Virus record (IMG/VR): IMGVR_UViG_3300027759_000073
Span: 14,559-78,558 of that record
DNA from: a virus
Length of the DNA: 64,000 nt
Reading direction: 5' to 3' (one strand)
Below the pieces are notes generated by a model. The model was not told the origin of the DNA. It saw only the letters and a list, made by a program, of their open reading frames with translations, and did not search any database. Position numbers and translations under genes: made by a program. Shown here piece by piece: positions 8,810 to 19,389 of the stretch. Numbering within the stretch: position 1 is the first letter of the stretch; every line of letters starts with the position of its first letter.

Positions 8810-10936
8810 CTACTTAACGCGCGCACGCGCACGCGCACGGCGTTGTCTTTTAGCAGCATTTTTTCTATCTGGGTCAGGTACATCACCGCCACCGCCAGAG
8901 TTGCCTCCAGAAGGGGCTCCAGAGCCTCCAGAAGGGCCCGTAGAGCCTCCAGAAGGCGCAGATGCACCAGCAGCCCCAACTGCTGCTACAGCGGCTCCTG
9001 CAGCAACAAGCGTCCTTCTATCCCCAACATTGATTGAGGAGCCCAGGGCAACATATGTGTCAAACACTCCATCAAAGACATTGATTTCCTCTTCAAACGA
9101 TTCCTTTACTTCCGCAGGGGCATCAACAAGAGCCTCCGCAATCGCTGCACCGTCTTCTGGTGAAACATTGTCAACAACAATTGCATCAAAAACTTCTGTC
9201 GCCTGTGACGCATCAATGCTTTCCAGGACCTTTGCGCTAGTTGCCAACTCGGTTGCTTGCTCGCCATCAATGCCGCCATCTTGTCCGATAATCAAATCAA
9301 CAACTGCTGAAACCTGGTCGTTGCTGATACTTGCGTTTTCGAGGACATTAACAACTTCCGCAAATTTTTCCTCGTCTAGTTCTGTGCTTAAAACAGCATC
9401 GAATGTTCCGAGCAAAACCTCATCTGAAACTTTTTCGTCAAAGATTGCATTGATAAGTGTGCTGAATTCTTCGGCGCTAAGAGGAGCCTCAAGGATTGAT
9501 TCTGCCAACGCGACAGTATCTTCAGCAGAAATGTCTCCGTCAAAGACGGCATCAAACACCGCAGCAAGTTCCTCGGTAGATAAATCAGCAGAAAGCAGGT
9601 TGTCAACAACGGCGACCATCTGCTCCTGTGATGCAGACTCGCTAAACACTGCATCCATAACTTCCTGAAGTTGCTCTAATGGAATATCCGCACCAACAAC
9701 ATCAAGAAGAATCGCGGATGCTTCTTCCGCAGATGTATTATTATCTAAAGTTACATTGTCAATAATTGCGTCAAGAACTTCTGTATCCAAAGGCTGAGAA
9801 TCATCCAACTGGTCAAAGTCGGGGATGGTCACGGTAGTCTCTTCTGATGGTTCAGTTACTGTTATTTCCGTTTCTGGCTCTGAAGGTAGTATTTCATTCA
9901 GCATCTCTGGCAATGTCTCTACTGTTGCTATTTCTTCAGGCAGCGTCTCCTCTGTGGCTGGCGTGGTGTCTTCTGGGATTATGGGCTCTGGCTCAGGCTC
10001 TACGGGGACGACTACAACCACTGGCTGTGTGGTCGTTGTCGGCAATTCCGTCGTTGATGTTGTTGAACTACTTGTAGTTGTAGTAGTCGATGTTGACTGT
10101 GGAACAGTCGTAGTAGTCGTAGTAGTCGTAGTTGTTGTGGATGTTGTTGAAGTTGTAGTTGTGACTGGGGTTGCAGAAGCAGTGTAAGTTTCAATCATTG
10201 ACGAATACACATGTAGAGAGTCATTGTCAGCGCGAACCCTAAACTGATAGGCAACACCATTGGTCAAGTTCCCTATAGTTGCGGATGTGTTATTGGATGC
10301 GATTGCAAAAGATGACTGCCAGTTGTTTGAACTGAAGAACACTGCGTAGCGTTCAACTTCGGCGTAACCAGAACCACCTTCTGGGGCATCCCAGGTAAGA
10401 AATACGCTCTCATTTCCTGCGACCGCCTGAAGGTTTGTTGGGGTTCGCATGCTCAACGGTGCAAGTGTCGTAGTTGTTGTTGACGCAATAGTCGTAGTTG
10501 TGCTTGTTGATGTAGTAGTACTTGAGGTCGTAGTAGTTGATGTCGTCGTAGTTGAAGGTGCATTTGATGGTGCAATATTTACATCCACTACATATGAAGT
10601 TCCGTACCAGCGATTTGGGTCTCCACAGCAAACGCCAGTGCGCAGGCGGTAAGTCCCAGCGCCTAGGTCTCTTGTAATGTATGAATCAAGACCATATTGG
10701 GAGTCATCATTTGCAGCAAGTAATTGATTATTTGAGTCATACAACCACAGCATTGAGTCAATTTGGTATTGCCAAGCGTATGTACGAACAGTAAACACTT
10801 GCGCTTCTTCCAGTGTAAAGTAATAATCGTTAGCGCCAGTCGTAGTAAAACTATCTGCTTTTGCTGATGAAATTGGGCCGAACAATGCCAAAAGAAGCGC
10901 AGGGATAACTATCCAGAAGCCTTTACGCAGTCTCAT
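8810..10936 (-). CDS. Exported surface protein: signal peptide, PPC-like domain, FN3, Thr-rich linkers, acidic repeats, hydrophobic segment and basic tail
   Basis: Signal ending AKA|D; DSMLWLYD...LAANDD...LDSYI...GTYRL (PPC-like); PTNL..V.LTW.AP...L.NG..YQFRVRA (FN3); poly-Thr; RQRRARARARVK tail. Confidence 0.8.
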   Translation of the reverse strand: MRLRKGFWIVIPALLLALFGPISSAKADSFTTTGANDYYFTLEEAQVFTVRTYAWQYQIDSMLWLYDSNNQLLAANDDSQYGLDSYITRDLGAGTYRLRTGVCCGDPNRWYGTSYVVDVNIAPSNAPSTTTTSTTTTSSTTTSTSTTTTIASTTTTTLAPLSMRTPTNLQAVAGNESVFLTWDAPEGGSGYAEVERYAVFFSSNNWQSSFAIASNNTSATIGNLTNGVAYQFRVRADNDSLHVYSSMIETYTASATPVTTTTSTTSTTTTTTTTTTTVPQSTSTTTTTSSSTTSTTELPTTTTQPVVVVVPVEPEPEPIIPEDTTPATEETLPEEIATVETLPEMLNEILPSEPETEITVTEPSEETTVTIPDFDQLDDSQPLDTEVLDAIIDNVTLDNNTSAEEASAILLDVVGADIPLEQLQEVMDAVFSESASQEQMVAVVDNLLSADLSTEELAAVFDAVFDGDISAEDTVALAESILEAPLSAEEFSTLINAIFDEKVSDEVLLGTFDAVLSTELDEEKFAEVVNVLENASISNDQVSAVVDLIIGQDGGIDGEQATELATSAKVLESIDASQATEVFDAIVVDNVSPEDGAAIAEALVDAPAEVKESFEEEINVFDGVFDTYVALGSSINVGDRRTLVAAGAAVAAVGAAGASAPSGGSTGPSGGSGAPSGGNSGGGGDVPDPDRKNAAKRQRRARARARVK

Positions 10937-10984
10937 ACCCGCTATACAATAAAACTATTTTATAAGATAGTTCTTATAGCCTGT

Positions 10985-12232
10985 CTAAATCTGCCTATCG
11001 GCGATGTTCCTGTTTTCTACTGGGACCAAAACCCCATGATGGCGTGCCTGGATATCCTTGCGTACCCATGTCATTCCGTATGTTGAATCTAGGTTTTGAG
11101 TACCTTCTCTGCGCTTTAGTCGTTCTGCCATTGACTGGAAGGTTGGGTCATCGCTTAGATTTAGGTATGAGTTATGCGACCACGGAAGGTCATAGAAGGC
11201 TGGTGCATTTACCAGAAGCGCTCCAGCAGTAGTCCAATGCTCTTCAATTCTTGGGTCTTCGCAGACAACTGGACCAGACAGGGCATACGATGGAACATCC
11301 GCCCCAACAAGTGGTCTATCGACTTCAAGCATCTTTTCAATAATATTTGCGTCCATTGATATGTCTGAATCGACATAGAGAATCGCTTGATAGTTAACAA
11401 CTCCGTGATTCAATTCCGTGCAGTCTTCGCCCCAATGATGCCCGCTCGTGACACGGACTCGTTGGGCAAATTCACGGATTAGGTTGCGCCCAGTTTCAAT
11501 GCGAATCCACCTGTTTCCAGAAGTAACTTGGGCGTGCATATCGTTAATTGAGTATGTCCAGTAATCTCCGTTGACTTCCTTGAGTGCATCAATCACTTCC
11601 TTGAATGGCTCAAGGCCACGGTTGTCAAGTTCAAATGCAGAGAACCATTTAACATTTGGAAACTTGCGCATGATTTCTGCTCTATCAGCCATCCAGTTCA
11701 GATGCTCTCTTGCATCGCATTTCCATCCGACAAGCGGAGTAGCGATAACAAAATGCATCTGGTAATCAACTTCTCTTAGAAATGGCATCTTTATCTTCTT
11801 TATGTAGTCGGAGCAAACACCTGCGTAGTGAGCGAGGTTAAGAGTTTTCACATCAGAATGAGACTCTGGCATAACCATGACACATTTATTTGATGCAAGT
11901 GGTTTCCCAGGAAAAGCCCAGACAAAACTGTTGCTAGTTATTGTGTAGTCGTCCGTATTGTGGAAGAAACAATGCAGTCCCGAGTCTTTGCAGATTCCAA
12001 GTGCCACATCGTTTTTGCAATGAATCCAGAGTTTCTGTGAGCGTTCTTGTAGCCAGCCAATCTCGATTTTGTGCTGTGGTCCATCATGCCCAAGAAATAG
12101 ACCGTCTTGGTTTGCCCAAACATCTACCTCAACATCAAATCCCTGACTTATTGCAGCATCAATGTATTCAGGTGTGTTTTCAAGTTCTGGTTTAGGACCT
12201 TGAAGGTTCCCACGGTGGGATATGTAAATCAT
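10985..12232 (-). CDS. Fusion: PLC/GDPD-like phosphodiesterase plus GT-A-like glycosyltransferase
   Basis: N-terminus ISHRGN...EN...GFDVEVDVW...GHD...IHCKN; C-terminus has YVDSD (DxD). Confidence 0.75.
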   Translation of the reverse strand: MIYISHRGNLQGPKPELENTPEYIDAAISQGFDVEVDVWANQDGLFLGHDGPQHKIEIGWLQERSQKLWIHCKNDVALGICKDSGLHCFFHNTDDYTITSNSFVWAFPGKPLASNKCVMVMPESHSDVKTLNLAHYAGVCSDYIKKIKMPFLREVDYQMHFVIATPLVGWKCDAREHLNWMADRAEIMRKFPNVKWFSAFELDNRGLEPFKEVIDALKEVNGDYWTYSINDMHAQVTSGNRWIRIETGRNLIREFAQRVRVTSGHHWGEDCTELNHGVVNYQAILYVDSDISMDANIIEKMLEVDRPLVGADVPSYALSGPVVCEDPRIEEHWTTAGALLVNAPAFYDLPWSHNSYLNLSDDPTFQSMAERLKRREGTQNLDSTYGMTWVRKDIQARHHGVLVPVENRNIADRQI

Positions 12233-12936
12233 TTTTCAACCTGAACCCAAATCCAGTTTTTGTGGTTATCGCCAGGACCAGTTTCCCTAATATCAAATTT
12301 AAAGTTTTTGAAACCTATTTTTCCAACTAGGTCGTCAAATACTGTTTGCTCATCTTGGATACTTACATCTGAGTGACCGTTCGTGCTGCCAGCATCATAA
12401 TTATTGTCGTAGTAGCCAGCAGTAGGTATCTCGCCCTTCCCGCCATAACCCATTTGGAAACATAACTTCCCGCCTGGCTTGAGAACCCTGTAGATATCCT
12501 TCAAGATATCAAACCTAATTTTATGCACGCAAATATGCTGGAAGCAGATTACGGCAAAAACCACATCGTAAACATCGTCGGCAATAGCAGAGAGATTGTC
12601 TCCGCTAGTTACATATAGGTTTGGCTCGGCAATGTTATTTGCCTTGACATTGAGACGCGCCCTTTCAATATTCACATGAGAAATATCTATCCCGTCAACC
12701 CGAGCAAAACGATTTGAGAACTTGACCAGGTTTCTTCCAGGTCCACATCCGTACTCAAGTGCTACAAGGCCATTTGTGTCAAAGTCCTTGAACAAGAAAT
12801 TGTCATAGTCTGACCAGTTGTTGTGAGCATCGTATGAGCCAACTACTGGGTCCCTGAAATCAAGTGACCACTTTGCTGCATATTCGTCGTAATACGAATT
12901 CTGCATTCCCAAGTAATCGTCTTTGTCCTTGCTCAT
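12229..12936 (-). CDS. Class I SAM-dependent methyltransferase
   Basis: LEYGCGPG, VDGIDIS, YDVVFAVICFQH and RVLKPGG motifs. Confidence 0.9.
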   Translation of the reverse strand: MSKDKDDYLGMQNSYYDEYAAKWSLDFRDPVVGSYDAHNNWSDYDNFLFKDFDTNGLVALEYGCGPGRNLVKFSNRFARVDGIDISHVNIERARLNVKANNIAEPNLYVTSGDNLSAIADDVYDVVFAVICFQHICVHKIRFDILKDIYRVLKPGGKLCFQMGYGGKGEIPTAGYYDNNYDAGSTNGHSDVSIQDEQTVFDDLVGKIGFKNFKFDIRETGPGDNHKNWIWVQVEK

Positions 12937-14306
12937 TTGTTGTTCTCCAAGTAGTAGTTCAGGTCTTCAGGTGTTCCGATTCCCCACATCTTGGGAACTT
13001 CCTTAATCCTAATCTTTTTATCATCCTGAATCGCTTCATTGAATACAGGGCAAACATAGAACTCATTATTTGTTCTAATGTCTTTTTCAATCATCTGGTT
13101 TGCATATTTGACATAGTCAGAACCGTGCTTCCAGTAATAGATTCCAACGGTGGCATTATCTGAGATTGGGTTCTTCTCTGCCACTTCTGACACGAAGCCA
13201 TCATCTCCAAGTTTTGCATAGGACCATTTTGGATGGGTTGCCTTGAATGTCAGGATTCCGCCGTCAATCTCGTCAGCACCAAACGCATAGAGGCATTCAT
13301 TGCTATCCCATTCAACGACTTGGTCGGAGTTTGCCATTAGCAATGGCGCGTCAGTATCGATGAGGTGCGAAGCCAGCAGGGTTGTGCAGGCGGCCCCTTC
13401 TGTCATTCCATCAACCAAGACAATGTCGCATCCTGGCTTTATGAGGTTGAGAACCTGCTTTAGGTTGTATTTCTCGTAGTGGTCTTTTTGAACCAAGAAA
13501 ATAAAGTGCGCGTCAACATTGAGGTTGTCAACAACTACCTGAATCATTGGCTTGCCATTTACCTCGATAAGCGGCTTTGGGAATGTGTAACCAGCCTGAG
13601 CAAAGCGTGAGCCAGCGCCTGCCATTGGTATCAAAACATTCATCTTTTCGTTCCTCCAAGCGACTGGCTTTTTGCCACGGGTTTCAATTTCATCAACGAA
13701 CTTCATCAAACTATTTTTATTAAGGTCGTCGGCATTCTTGATTGCAAAAAGATTGGCGCCAGAACTAAGTGCGCCTTCCCTTCCAATATGTGAATCCTCA
13801 ACAATAATGGTGTTTGCTGGACTTGAATCTAAAGAGACTATGCACTGCCAGTACATCTCTGGGTGCGGCTTGTGGTGCTTTACATCCTCGTTGCTCATGA
13901 TGTAACTGACATATTTGAGCACACCAATTGCATCAAGCGCCGTGATTACAGTATCCCTAATCGCGTTACTTGCCACAGCAATCTTCCATCCGCGCTCCTT
14001 AAGGGTCTGCATGATGTCAATAGCGACATAGTTCTTTGGAAACTCGGACAAGATTTTTAGCGTTGCTTCTTGCTTGTCTTCCCAAACTTGCTGGTGATTC
14101 GATTCTGGAAGTCCCTTGTTTTGACTCAACATCTTTAACTTTGTAGTTGTGCCAAGTCCGTCGTACATTGACAGATGCTCATCGCGGGAAATCACATACT
14201 TTGGGTCAATCCTGCTGAGGGCGATATTTAGGGAGTCATAATGCACATCCCTAGATTCAATTAGAACACCATCAAGGTCAAAGATTACAAGGAAGTTACT
14301 TTTCAT
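12933..14306 (-). CDS. Fusion: HAD phosphatase plus NTP transferase (nucleotidyltransferase)
   Basis: FDLDGVL, VASN, KPHPE and IVEDS (HAD); IPMAGAGSRF...PKPLI (NTP transferase). Likely start MKSNF. Confidence 0.88.
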   Translation of the reverse strand: MKSNFLVIFDLDGVLIESRDVHYDSLNIALSRIDPKYVISRDEHLSMYDGLGTTTKLKMLSQNKGLPESNHQQVWEDKQEATLKILSEFPKNYVAIDIMQTLKERGWKIAVASNAIRDTVITALDAIGVLKYVSYIMSNEDVKHHKPHPEMYWQCIVSLDSSPANTIIVEDSHIGREGALSSGANLFAIKNADDLNKNSLMKFVDEIETRGKKPVAWRNEKMNVLIPMAGAGSRFAQAGYTFPKPLIEVNGKPMIQVVVDNLNVDAHFIFLVQKDHYEKYNLKQVLNLIKPGCDIVLVDGMTEGAACTTLLASHLIDTDAPLLMANSDQVVEWDSNECLYAFGADEIDGGILTFKATHPKWSYAKLGDDGFVSEVAEKNPISDNATVGIYYWKHGSDYVKYANQMIEKDIRTNNEFYVCPVFNEAIQDDKKIRIKEVPKMWGIGTPEDLNYYLENNK

Positions 14307-14961
14307 GTGGGTTTGGTCCCGCATGTCTGTGCCACTTATTGTGACGAACAATACTCTTACCATTGCACTTCATCAGATATTTATCCCTCACGCGCATTGA
14401 CCACTCTACATCTTCTTCTTCGTTCCATCCGCGAGACTCGTCCAGCGGCTCTTCCAGCATCACATGCTTTTTTAGCATGAAGAACCCGCCAGAGATATAC
14501 ATATATTGCGTTTGAGTCCAGTCGTTATAGTCAAGCGACCAGGCCCTACCGTGTCCAGGCTTGTCCCATAATGACCAATCCATTGGATTGCGTGCTCCAT
14601 TGATTAGGTACTGGGGGCATGAGCAGATTTCCCAATCTGTCCCGAACTTCTTAAACTCTTCATACCAAGCACTATCAAAAATGTGGTAATCATGCATTAA
14701 CACAATGTTTTCGTACTTCGCGTTCTGAACAAGAATGTTCTTTTTGCGGGTAATCCATCGCGGCTTTATTGACTCGTCAAAGTCAATCTTTACGATGTCA
14801 TCGCCTTCAATCCCAGACGAATCTCCGCCGCCTACAAAAAGCATTTCGTACTCTGGCACTCCAAGACTTCGGATGTTTTCAACAATTTCAGAAAGTCTAT
14901 TTTTATCTTCGTAAACAGTGATTATCCCAAAGGTCCACGGAATGTCATGCATTCTCCGCAC
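14296..14961 (-). CDS. Glycosyltransferase (GT-A/GT2-like)
   Basis: TFGIIT, ITRKKN, VLMHDY, YISGGFF, LDE...EEDVEWS motifs. Confidence 0.75.
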   Translation of the reverse strand: MRRMHDIPWTFGIITVYEDKNRLSEIVENIRSLGVPEYEMLFVGGGDSSGIEGDDIVKIDFDESIKPRWITRKKNILVQNAKYENIVLMHDYHIFDSAWYEEFKKFGTDWEICSCPQYLINGARNPMDWSLWDKPGHGRAWSLDYNDWTQTQYMYISGGFFMLKKHVMLEEPLDESRGWNEEEDVEWSMRVRDKYLMKCNGKSIVRHNKWHRHAGPNPHEK

Positions 14962-16069
14962 CTTCTAGTATTGAGCGATAAACATGATTCCATTCAGGTC
15001 CACGCTTTTCCATAGTGAATAGGTTCTTTACATTTGCAAGATTCTCTTCAACTTCGTCTTTGCGCATTGATGGGTCCATAAGTTCGTTTAAGTGGTAATT
15101 CCACTCACTCTTGTTTCGCGCCACTCTTCCAACTCCATAACTTGCCATAAATTCATACTCGGGGGACCAGGATGAAATAAACGGAATGCCAGCGGCGACA
15201 TACTCAAGTCCCTTGATAAAAGACTTTGCATGATTGAATTGAACATCGTTCAATGGAACAATTCCAATATCAATTGGTGCAAAGAGTTTTGGGTAATCTA
15301 GAATTGGGACCAGTGGGAGCGTCGTAGTGGAATCCGCACTAATCCCAAGTTGGTCGGCGGCGTGTGCTGCATTTGTCTGCAAGTGCCCAGAATGATGAAA
15401 CTTTAGACCGTTGCTATTTATAAATGACCCCACAGAATCTGCCACCGATTCAAGGTCACTTGAGCGCCAAGGGGTAGCCCCAACCCAGCCAATTGTTGGC
15501 TTATCAACAAAGTTGACTTTGTTTCTCTTCCACCTATCAAGGTCAATGCCGTTTCGCACCATGAAGACATTGTCATTAAATTTTGAATAGTAATCGCCGA
15601 GGAATGGGGTTGACACCACAATGGCGTCGGCAAGAGCGATTATTTTGTTATAGATATCTCTGTTATTCTCTGGGCTTTTCTCTGGGTCTGTAACATCGTA
15701 AGCACGGTTTGTCTTTTCTAGACCGTCATGCCAGTCGTCAATATCCACGACAATAATCTGCCCCAGTGCCTTTGCTTTGTGCATCTCTTCCAGAACTCTC
15801 TGATGCATAATGAGTTTAAAAACAATTATATCCCAACCGTGGATTGCCTTTTCGTCCTCAACCATTAATCCGAATCCATGCGCTTCGTTAAATCCAGGGA
15901 AACCCATACCAGTACCCCACTGGTGCTTCTTTAGTTCCCTTGATGGAAGAAGGCAGCGATACCATCCGCAACCATTGGGTTGAAGCGGCTTTGTTCCCCA
16001 AGACCAGTCAAATGTCAAAAAAGAGATATTTGGGTTCTTTTCCATTTTTCTTCCTGTATTGTCTTCCAA
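14945..16069 (-). CDS. Glycosyltransferase (GT-B/GT4-like)
   Basis: YRCLLP, DIDD, VRNGID, IGWVG, DIGIVPL..FN.AKS.IK.LEY.AAGIP motifs. Confidence 0.85.
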   Translation of the reverse strand: MEDNTGRKMEKNPNISFLTFDWSWGTKPLQPNGCGWYRCLLPSRELKKHQWGTGMGFPGFNEAHGFGLMVEDEKAIHGWDIIVFKLIMHQRVLEEMHKAKALGQIIVVDIDDWHDGLEKTNRAYDVTDPEKSPENNRDIYNKIIALADAIVVSTPFLGDYYSKFNDNVFMVRNGIDLDRWKRNKVNFVDKPTIGWVGATPWRSSDLESVADSVGSFINSNGLKFHHSGHLQTNAAHAADQLGISADSTTTLPLVPILDYPKLFAPIDIGIVPLNDVQFNHAKSFIKGLEYVAAGIPFISSWSPEYEFMASYGVGRVARNKSEWNYHLNELMDPSMRKDEVEENLANVKNLFTMEKRGPEWNHVYRSILEGAENA

Positions 16070-16131
16070 GGTATGCGGCGCGATTCAACGCTACATGATA
16101 ATAACACACCCGATTGGTTAACGAAAAACCA

Positions 16132-16599
16132 CTAAGAGATATCAGTGTATTTTATAGAGTCTTTTTTTCTTTTGCTTTTATTGTAGGCAGAAATGAACTC
16201 TGGTGTACCTATTACATTTTGTCCGCCATCAACTTCATATAGCAGATTATATGAATTTTCTAGGGCAAAAAGTATAATCCAACTTAGTGTTGAAGCATTC
16301 ATTGGTTTGCCCGACTCAAGTACCGACATATACGAAATATCATCTAATCCTGGGTATGCAATTATCACATTAGATAATTCTGGTTTTAGCCACTCTGGAA
16401 TGCGTGGGTCTATTAGCCATCCACACTTAAATGCTCTGCACATCTCTGGTCTTTCTTCATGGATGGTGCAACCGACACCCTTGTCGACATAGTGGCAAGG
16501 TCTCCCATTATAGAAAACATGACCGTTTATCTCTCCAGAAAAGTACCCTTCACAGCACCTTGTGCATGTTCCGCATGACCTATTCAACTGGCTCTCCAA
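16132..16599 (-). CDS. YkgJ-like cysteine-cluster (Zn/Fe-S) protein
   Basis: CGTCTRCC...C......CTIHEERPEMCRAFKC motif. Confidence 0.75.
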   Translation of the reverse strand: MESQLNRSCGTCTRCCEGYFSGEINGHVFYNGRPCHYVDKGVGCTIHEERPEMCRAFKCGWLIDPRIPEWLKPELSNVIIAYPGLDDISYMSVLESGKPMNASTLSWIILFALENSYNLLYEVDGGQNVIGTPEFISAYNKSKRKKDSIKYTDIS

Positions 16600-16623
16600 T
16601 TTTAAATATTTTTGGGTTATGCA

Positions 16624-17385
16624 TTATTCGGATTGCGTCTCAACAATGTTATCTTTTATTTCGCGTAATATTTGATTCCGCAAACCCGAACGCCTAAATA
16701 TCTCATACTTTTCCGTCAATTTTGAAAATCTTGGCAGTGGGTTCAACTGAACCAAGGAAAGCGCTATCGTGCTGAGTCTTTTTGTTACCTGATAACGATG
16801 TAGTCTTATCCTTTTATCAGTATGAAACTCAATATACATAAGTGGCTCATCCTGGTTTATTTGCAACTCATTAATCCCATCCCAAAGATTGAACTCGGCA
16901 TTAAATGGTCTATACCATTTACCAATGTCAAAACGGCCAGGAACTAGCGAGCCATATTTGCTGCTTTCAACATTGTGAAAGTACGGAGATGTCATGGATG
17001 CCATGACACTTTCATCTGAAAAAAGTAATAGCGAATACTCAAAATTTACAAGCATATTATTCTTTAAAGTTGGCTGATGCAAGACTGAACTTGGTGTCTG
17101 CAGTATTTCTGGAATATCGTAAAAAACTTTGTTATCAACATATGTTGTATGATTTTTTACCATATTGTTAAAAACAAAAATATTCTTCATCTTGCTTGAC
17201 ACAGCAGGGCATTTAATGAATGTATCTCGCTGCTGATTACCAGCGTAGTTTTCCACACATTGGCTGTATAAAGAATTTGGTGATGGGTACAGGTGATTTA
17301 GGTCAAAGGCTAATGTTTGGTTCCAGTAAGGAGCCCAATATATGTCAATATATTTACTGTCATCGTTTGTTTTGTATTCATACAT
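16624..17385 (-). CDS. Hypothetical enzyme-like protein, distantly like 18532 and 24821
   Basis: KCPA motif early; PG.FD and EPLMYIEF late. Confidence 0.55.
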   Translation of the reverse strand: MYEYKTNDDSKYIDIYWAPYWNQTLAFDLNHLYPSPNSLYSQCVENYAGNQQRDTFIKCPAVSSKMKNIFVFNNMVKNHTTYVDNKVFYDIPEILQTPSSVLHQPTLKNNMLVNFEYSLLLFSDESVMASMTSPYFHNVESSKYGSLVPGRFDIGKWYRPFNAEFNLWDGINELQINQDEPLMYIEFHTDKRIRLHRYQVTKRLSTIALSLVQLNPLPRFSKLTEKYEIFRRSGLRNQILREIKDNIVETQSE

Positions 17386-18115
17386 TTAAAATGTTATCCA
17401 GTTCCTCATTTGATACTTCTCGTGGGATTATCTCTGTCTGCATTGTATTGGGTGATTCATGGTCTTGGGTGAATTCATCACAGTGAATAAATGAACTAAT
17501 TATCCATTTATCCCCAGAAATCGGAACAAGCCCAGCGTGCTGATGCGTCCACGATGCTGGGAATACCGCGATTCTTCCAGACACCGCATTTATTGATACA
17601 TCATGGTCGATAAACCCAGTTCCGCCACCCTTTTCTACTGTATTTAAATATATAATTACTCCAAGAACGCGCTTATTTACTGGGTGCTCCGTCCAAGGAG
17701 AGCCATCATGGTGGATTCTGTAAAACCCATTATTTTTCACATAATGCTGAAGTCTAAATCCAGTGTTATATAAAACAGGTGACTGTTGCAAGACTGGGAA
17801 TTCTTCAATATATAAAGCCATTGCTGATGACAATGCTTCTTGGATTTCAAAATAGTTTTTATTGAGCGACAAAGAATAAATGCCCATTGACTCATATGTT
17901 CCTGGATGAAAGTGGAAATCCATCGACGATTTTATATTTGGGTTATACCCACCAATTGTCGGCCCGTTAGAAAAAAACTGACCGTAATTTTTTATGCATT
18001 CTTGGATTATCTCATCACAGCATTGTTTTGTTATCAGGTCATCAATAAAGGCAATATGCCCAGATTTTTCTCCTGCGTATTTAAGCATATGAGCCAATCT
18101 CTGATTCTTCCCCAT
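17378..18115 (-). CDS. 2OG-Fe(II) oxygenase (prolyl-hydroxylase-like)
   Basis: HHD...RVL..IIYLN..GG.T.F...FP..W.H.H...KWI: HxD...H facial triad. Confidence 0.88.
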   Translation of the reverse strand: MGKNQRLAHMLKYAGEKSGHIAFIDDLITKQCCDEIIQECIKNYGQFFSNGPTIGGYNPNIKSSMDFHFHPGTYESMGIYSLSLNKNYFEIQEALSSAMALYIEEFPVLQQSPVLYNTGFRLQHYVKNNGFYRIHHDGSPWTEHPVNKRVLGVIIYLNTVEKGGGTGFIDHDVSINAVSGRIAVFPASWTHQHAGLVPISGDKWIISSFIHCDEFTQDHESPNTMQTEIIPREVSNEELDNILNV

Positions 18116-18539
18116 TTGAAACTGAAAAATTTACCTCTGTAATCTTTATGGACTCCAGAAATACAGAAATTGAATAGTATCCCTCTGACTCAAAAAATGC
18201 AGGTAGCGCGCAGTGATGCAGGTCGTGTTTAATTACATCCATCTTGAATGTTTTTCTAATAAGAGCATTATCCATAGAAAGAAAAAAATCAAGTTTTGAG
18301 CAGTCTACGAAATCGTCATAGTAATTGAATGACATCGACCTGTTTGGTTTTATAACTGGTGGGAATGGCAAAAATCCAGAGTATATGGGTATTAAAATAA
18401 CGCTAACTTTATCTCTATCAAATTCCATTCCAGTCGTTCGCTCGGAGTCGCCAATCTGAATTGGCAAAGACCACTCCTTTGCAATTAATTCAGCCTCTTC
18501 AATATTTTCAACTGACGGACAAAATACAACCCTATCCAT
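18081..18539 (-). CDS. Hypothetical protein
   Basis: 152 aa ORF overlapping both neighbours. Confidence 0.6.
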   Translation of the reverse strand: MDRVVFCPSVENIEEAELIAKEWSLPIQIGDSERTTGMEFDRDKVSVILIPIYSGFLPFPPVIKPNRSMSFNYYDDFVDCSKLDFFLSMDNALIRKTFKMDVIKHDLHHCALPAFFESEGYYSISVFLESIKITEVNFSVSNGEESEIGSYA

Positions 18540-19389
18540 TGTCGCCTCCTATTTTTTTATCTACCCTGTTTTGCTCATGCTTATATGCGCCTTCCCACGA
18601 GACTCGGCGATGAATATTGTCAAAACCAAGGTTATTCAGCAATTTGTAAATCCCAGAATCGCCTTTAATCAATTCAGAATTTTTTATTACATCTGCTCTC
18701 TTGAAGGGTATGGCGTGGAACATTGGTGTTCCTTCCGCGATTGAGAATTCAGAAGTGCTTGTAATATTTAGAACGATATTGCAGTGGTGGTAGTAATCAG
18801 TGTTTACAACACCAGCCATTACATGGTAGTTATCATTTGGCTCCCACTGTGGATGTATAAAAAGTGTGGAGTACCCAGGGGCAGTCTTAAAAAGCCACGG
18901 GTTAGTCAGTTTCAAGTATGATGACTCCTCGCGACCTTTAATCGAGGCTACTGGGCACTTTCCAGCCTGTTCCGCTGGAAATTGGTTTCCCATAAGTTCG
19001 TTATGAGACATTATTTGAGCAAACTCTTCATTGCTTAAGAATTCAGCACCGTATAAATCTGGGTCAAGAATGTCATACTTTGCGTCCCAGTTTTTATGAA
19101 GTTTATTTAGTGGTGTCCTTACATCCAACTTTGCCCACAGCGGAACAGTGTATCCGCCACGAATATAGTCGCTGAGTCCGAAGCACCTCTTTAGACCGCT
19201 AGTTCCGCCAGCGATTTCCTTATACCAATCTGGGGTTTTTTTCCTATTCTCAAATACCTCAACCTTTGGATGCCAAAGTGTATTTGATACAGGAACTGCT
19301 AGTAGTTCGTATGGTTTTGGTACTGGTATTTCTGAAAAAATATCAGCCTTTACTACACTACCTTTTTTTGAAAATAGACGCATGGTCAA
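18532..19389 (-). CDS. Conserved phage hypothetical (possibly DUF6065-like)
   Basis: PDWYK, KRC.G..D...GY..PLW, TAPGYS.LF..P, GVVNTD and GTP....IPFKR; paralog of 24821..25549. Confidence 0.65.
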   Translation of the reverse strand: MTMRLFSKKGSVVKADIFSEIPVPKPYELLAVPVSNTLWHPKVEVFENRKKTPDWYKEIAGGTSGLKRCFGLSDYIRGGYTVPLWAKLDVRTPLNKLHKNWDAKYDILDPDLYGAEFLSNEEFAQIMSHNELMGNQFPAEQAGKCPVASIKGREESSYLKLTNPWLFKTAPGYSTLFIHPQWEPNDNYHVMAGVVNTDYYHHCNIVLNITSTSEFSIAEGTPMFHAIPFKRADVIKNSELIKGDSGIYKLLNNLGFDNIHRRVSWEGAYKHEQNRVDKKIGGDNG

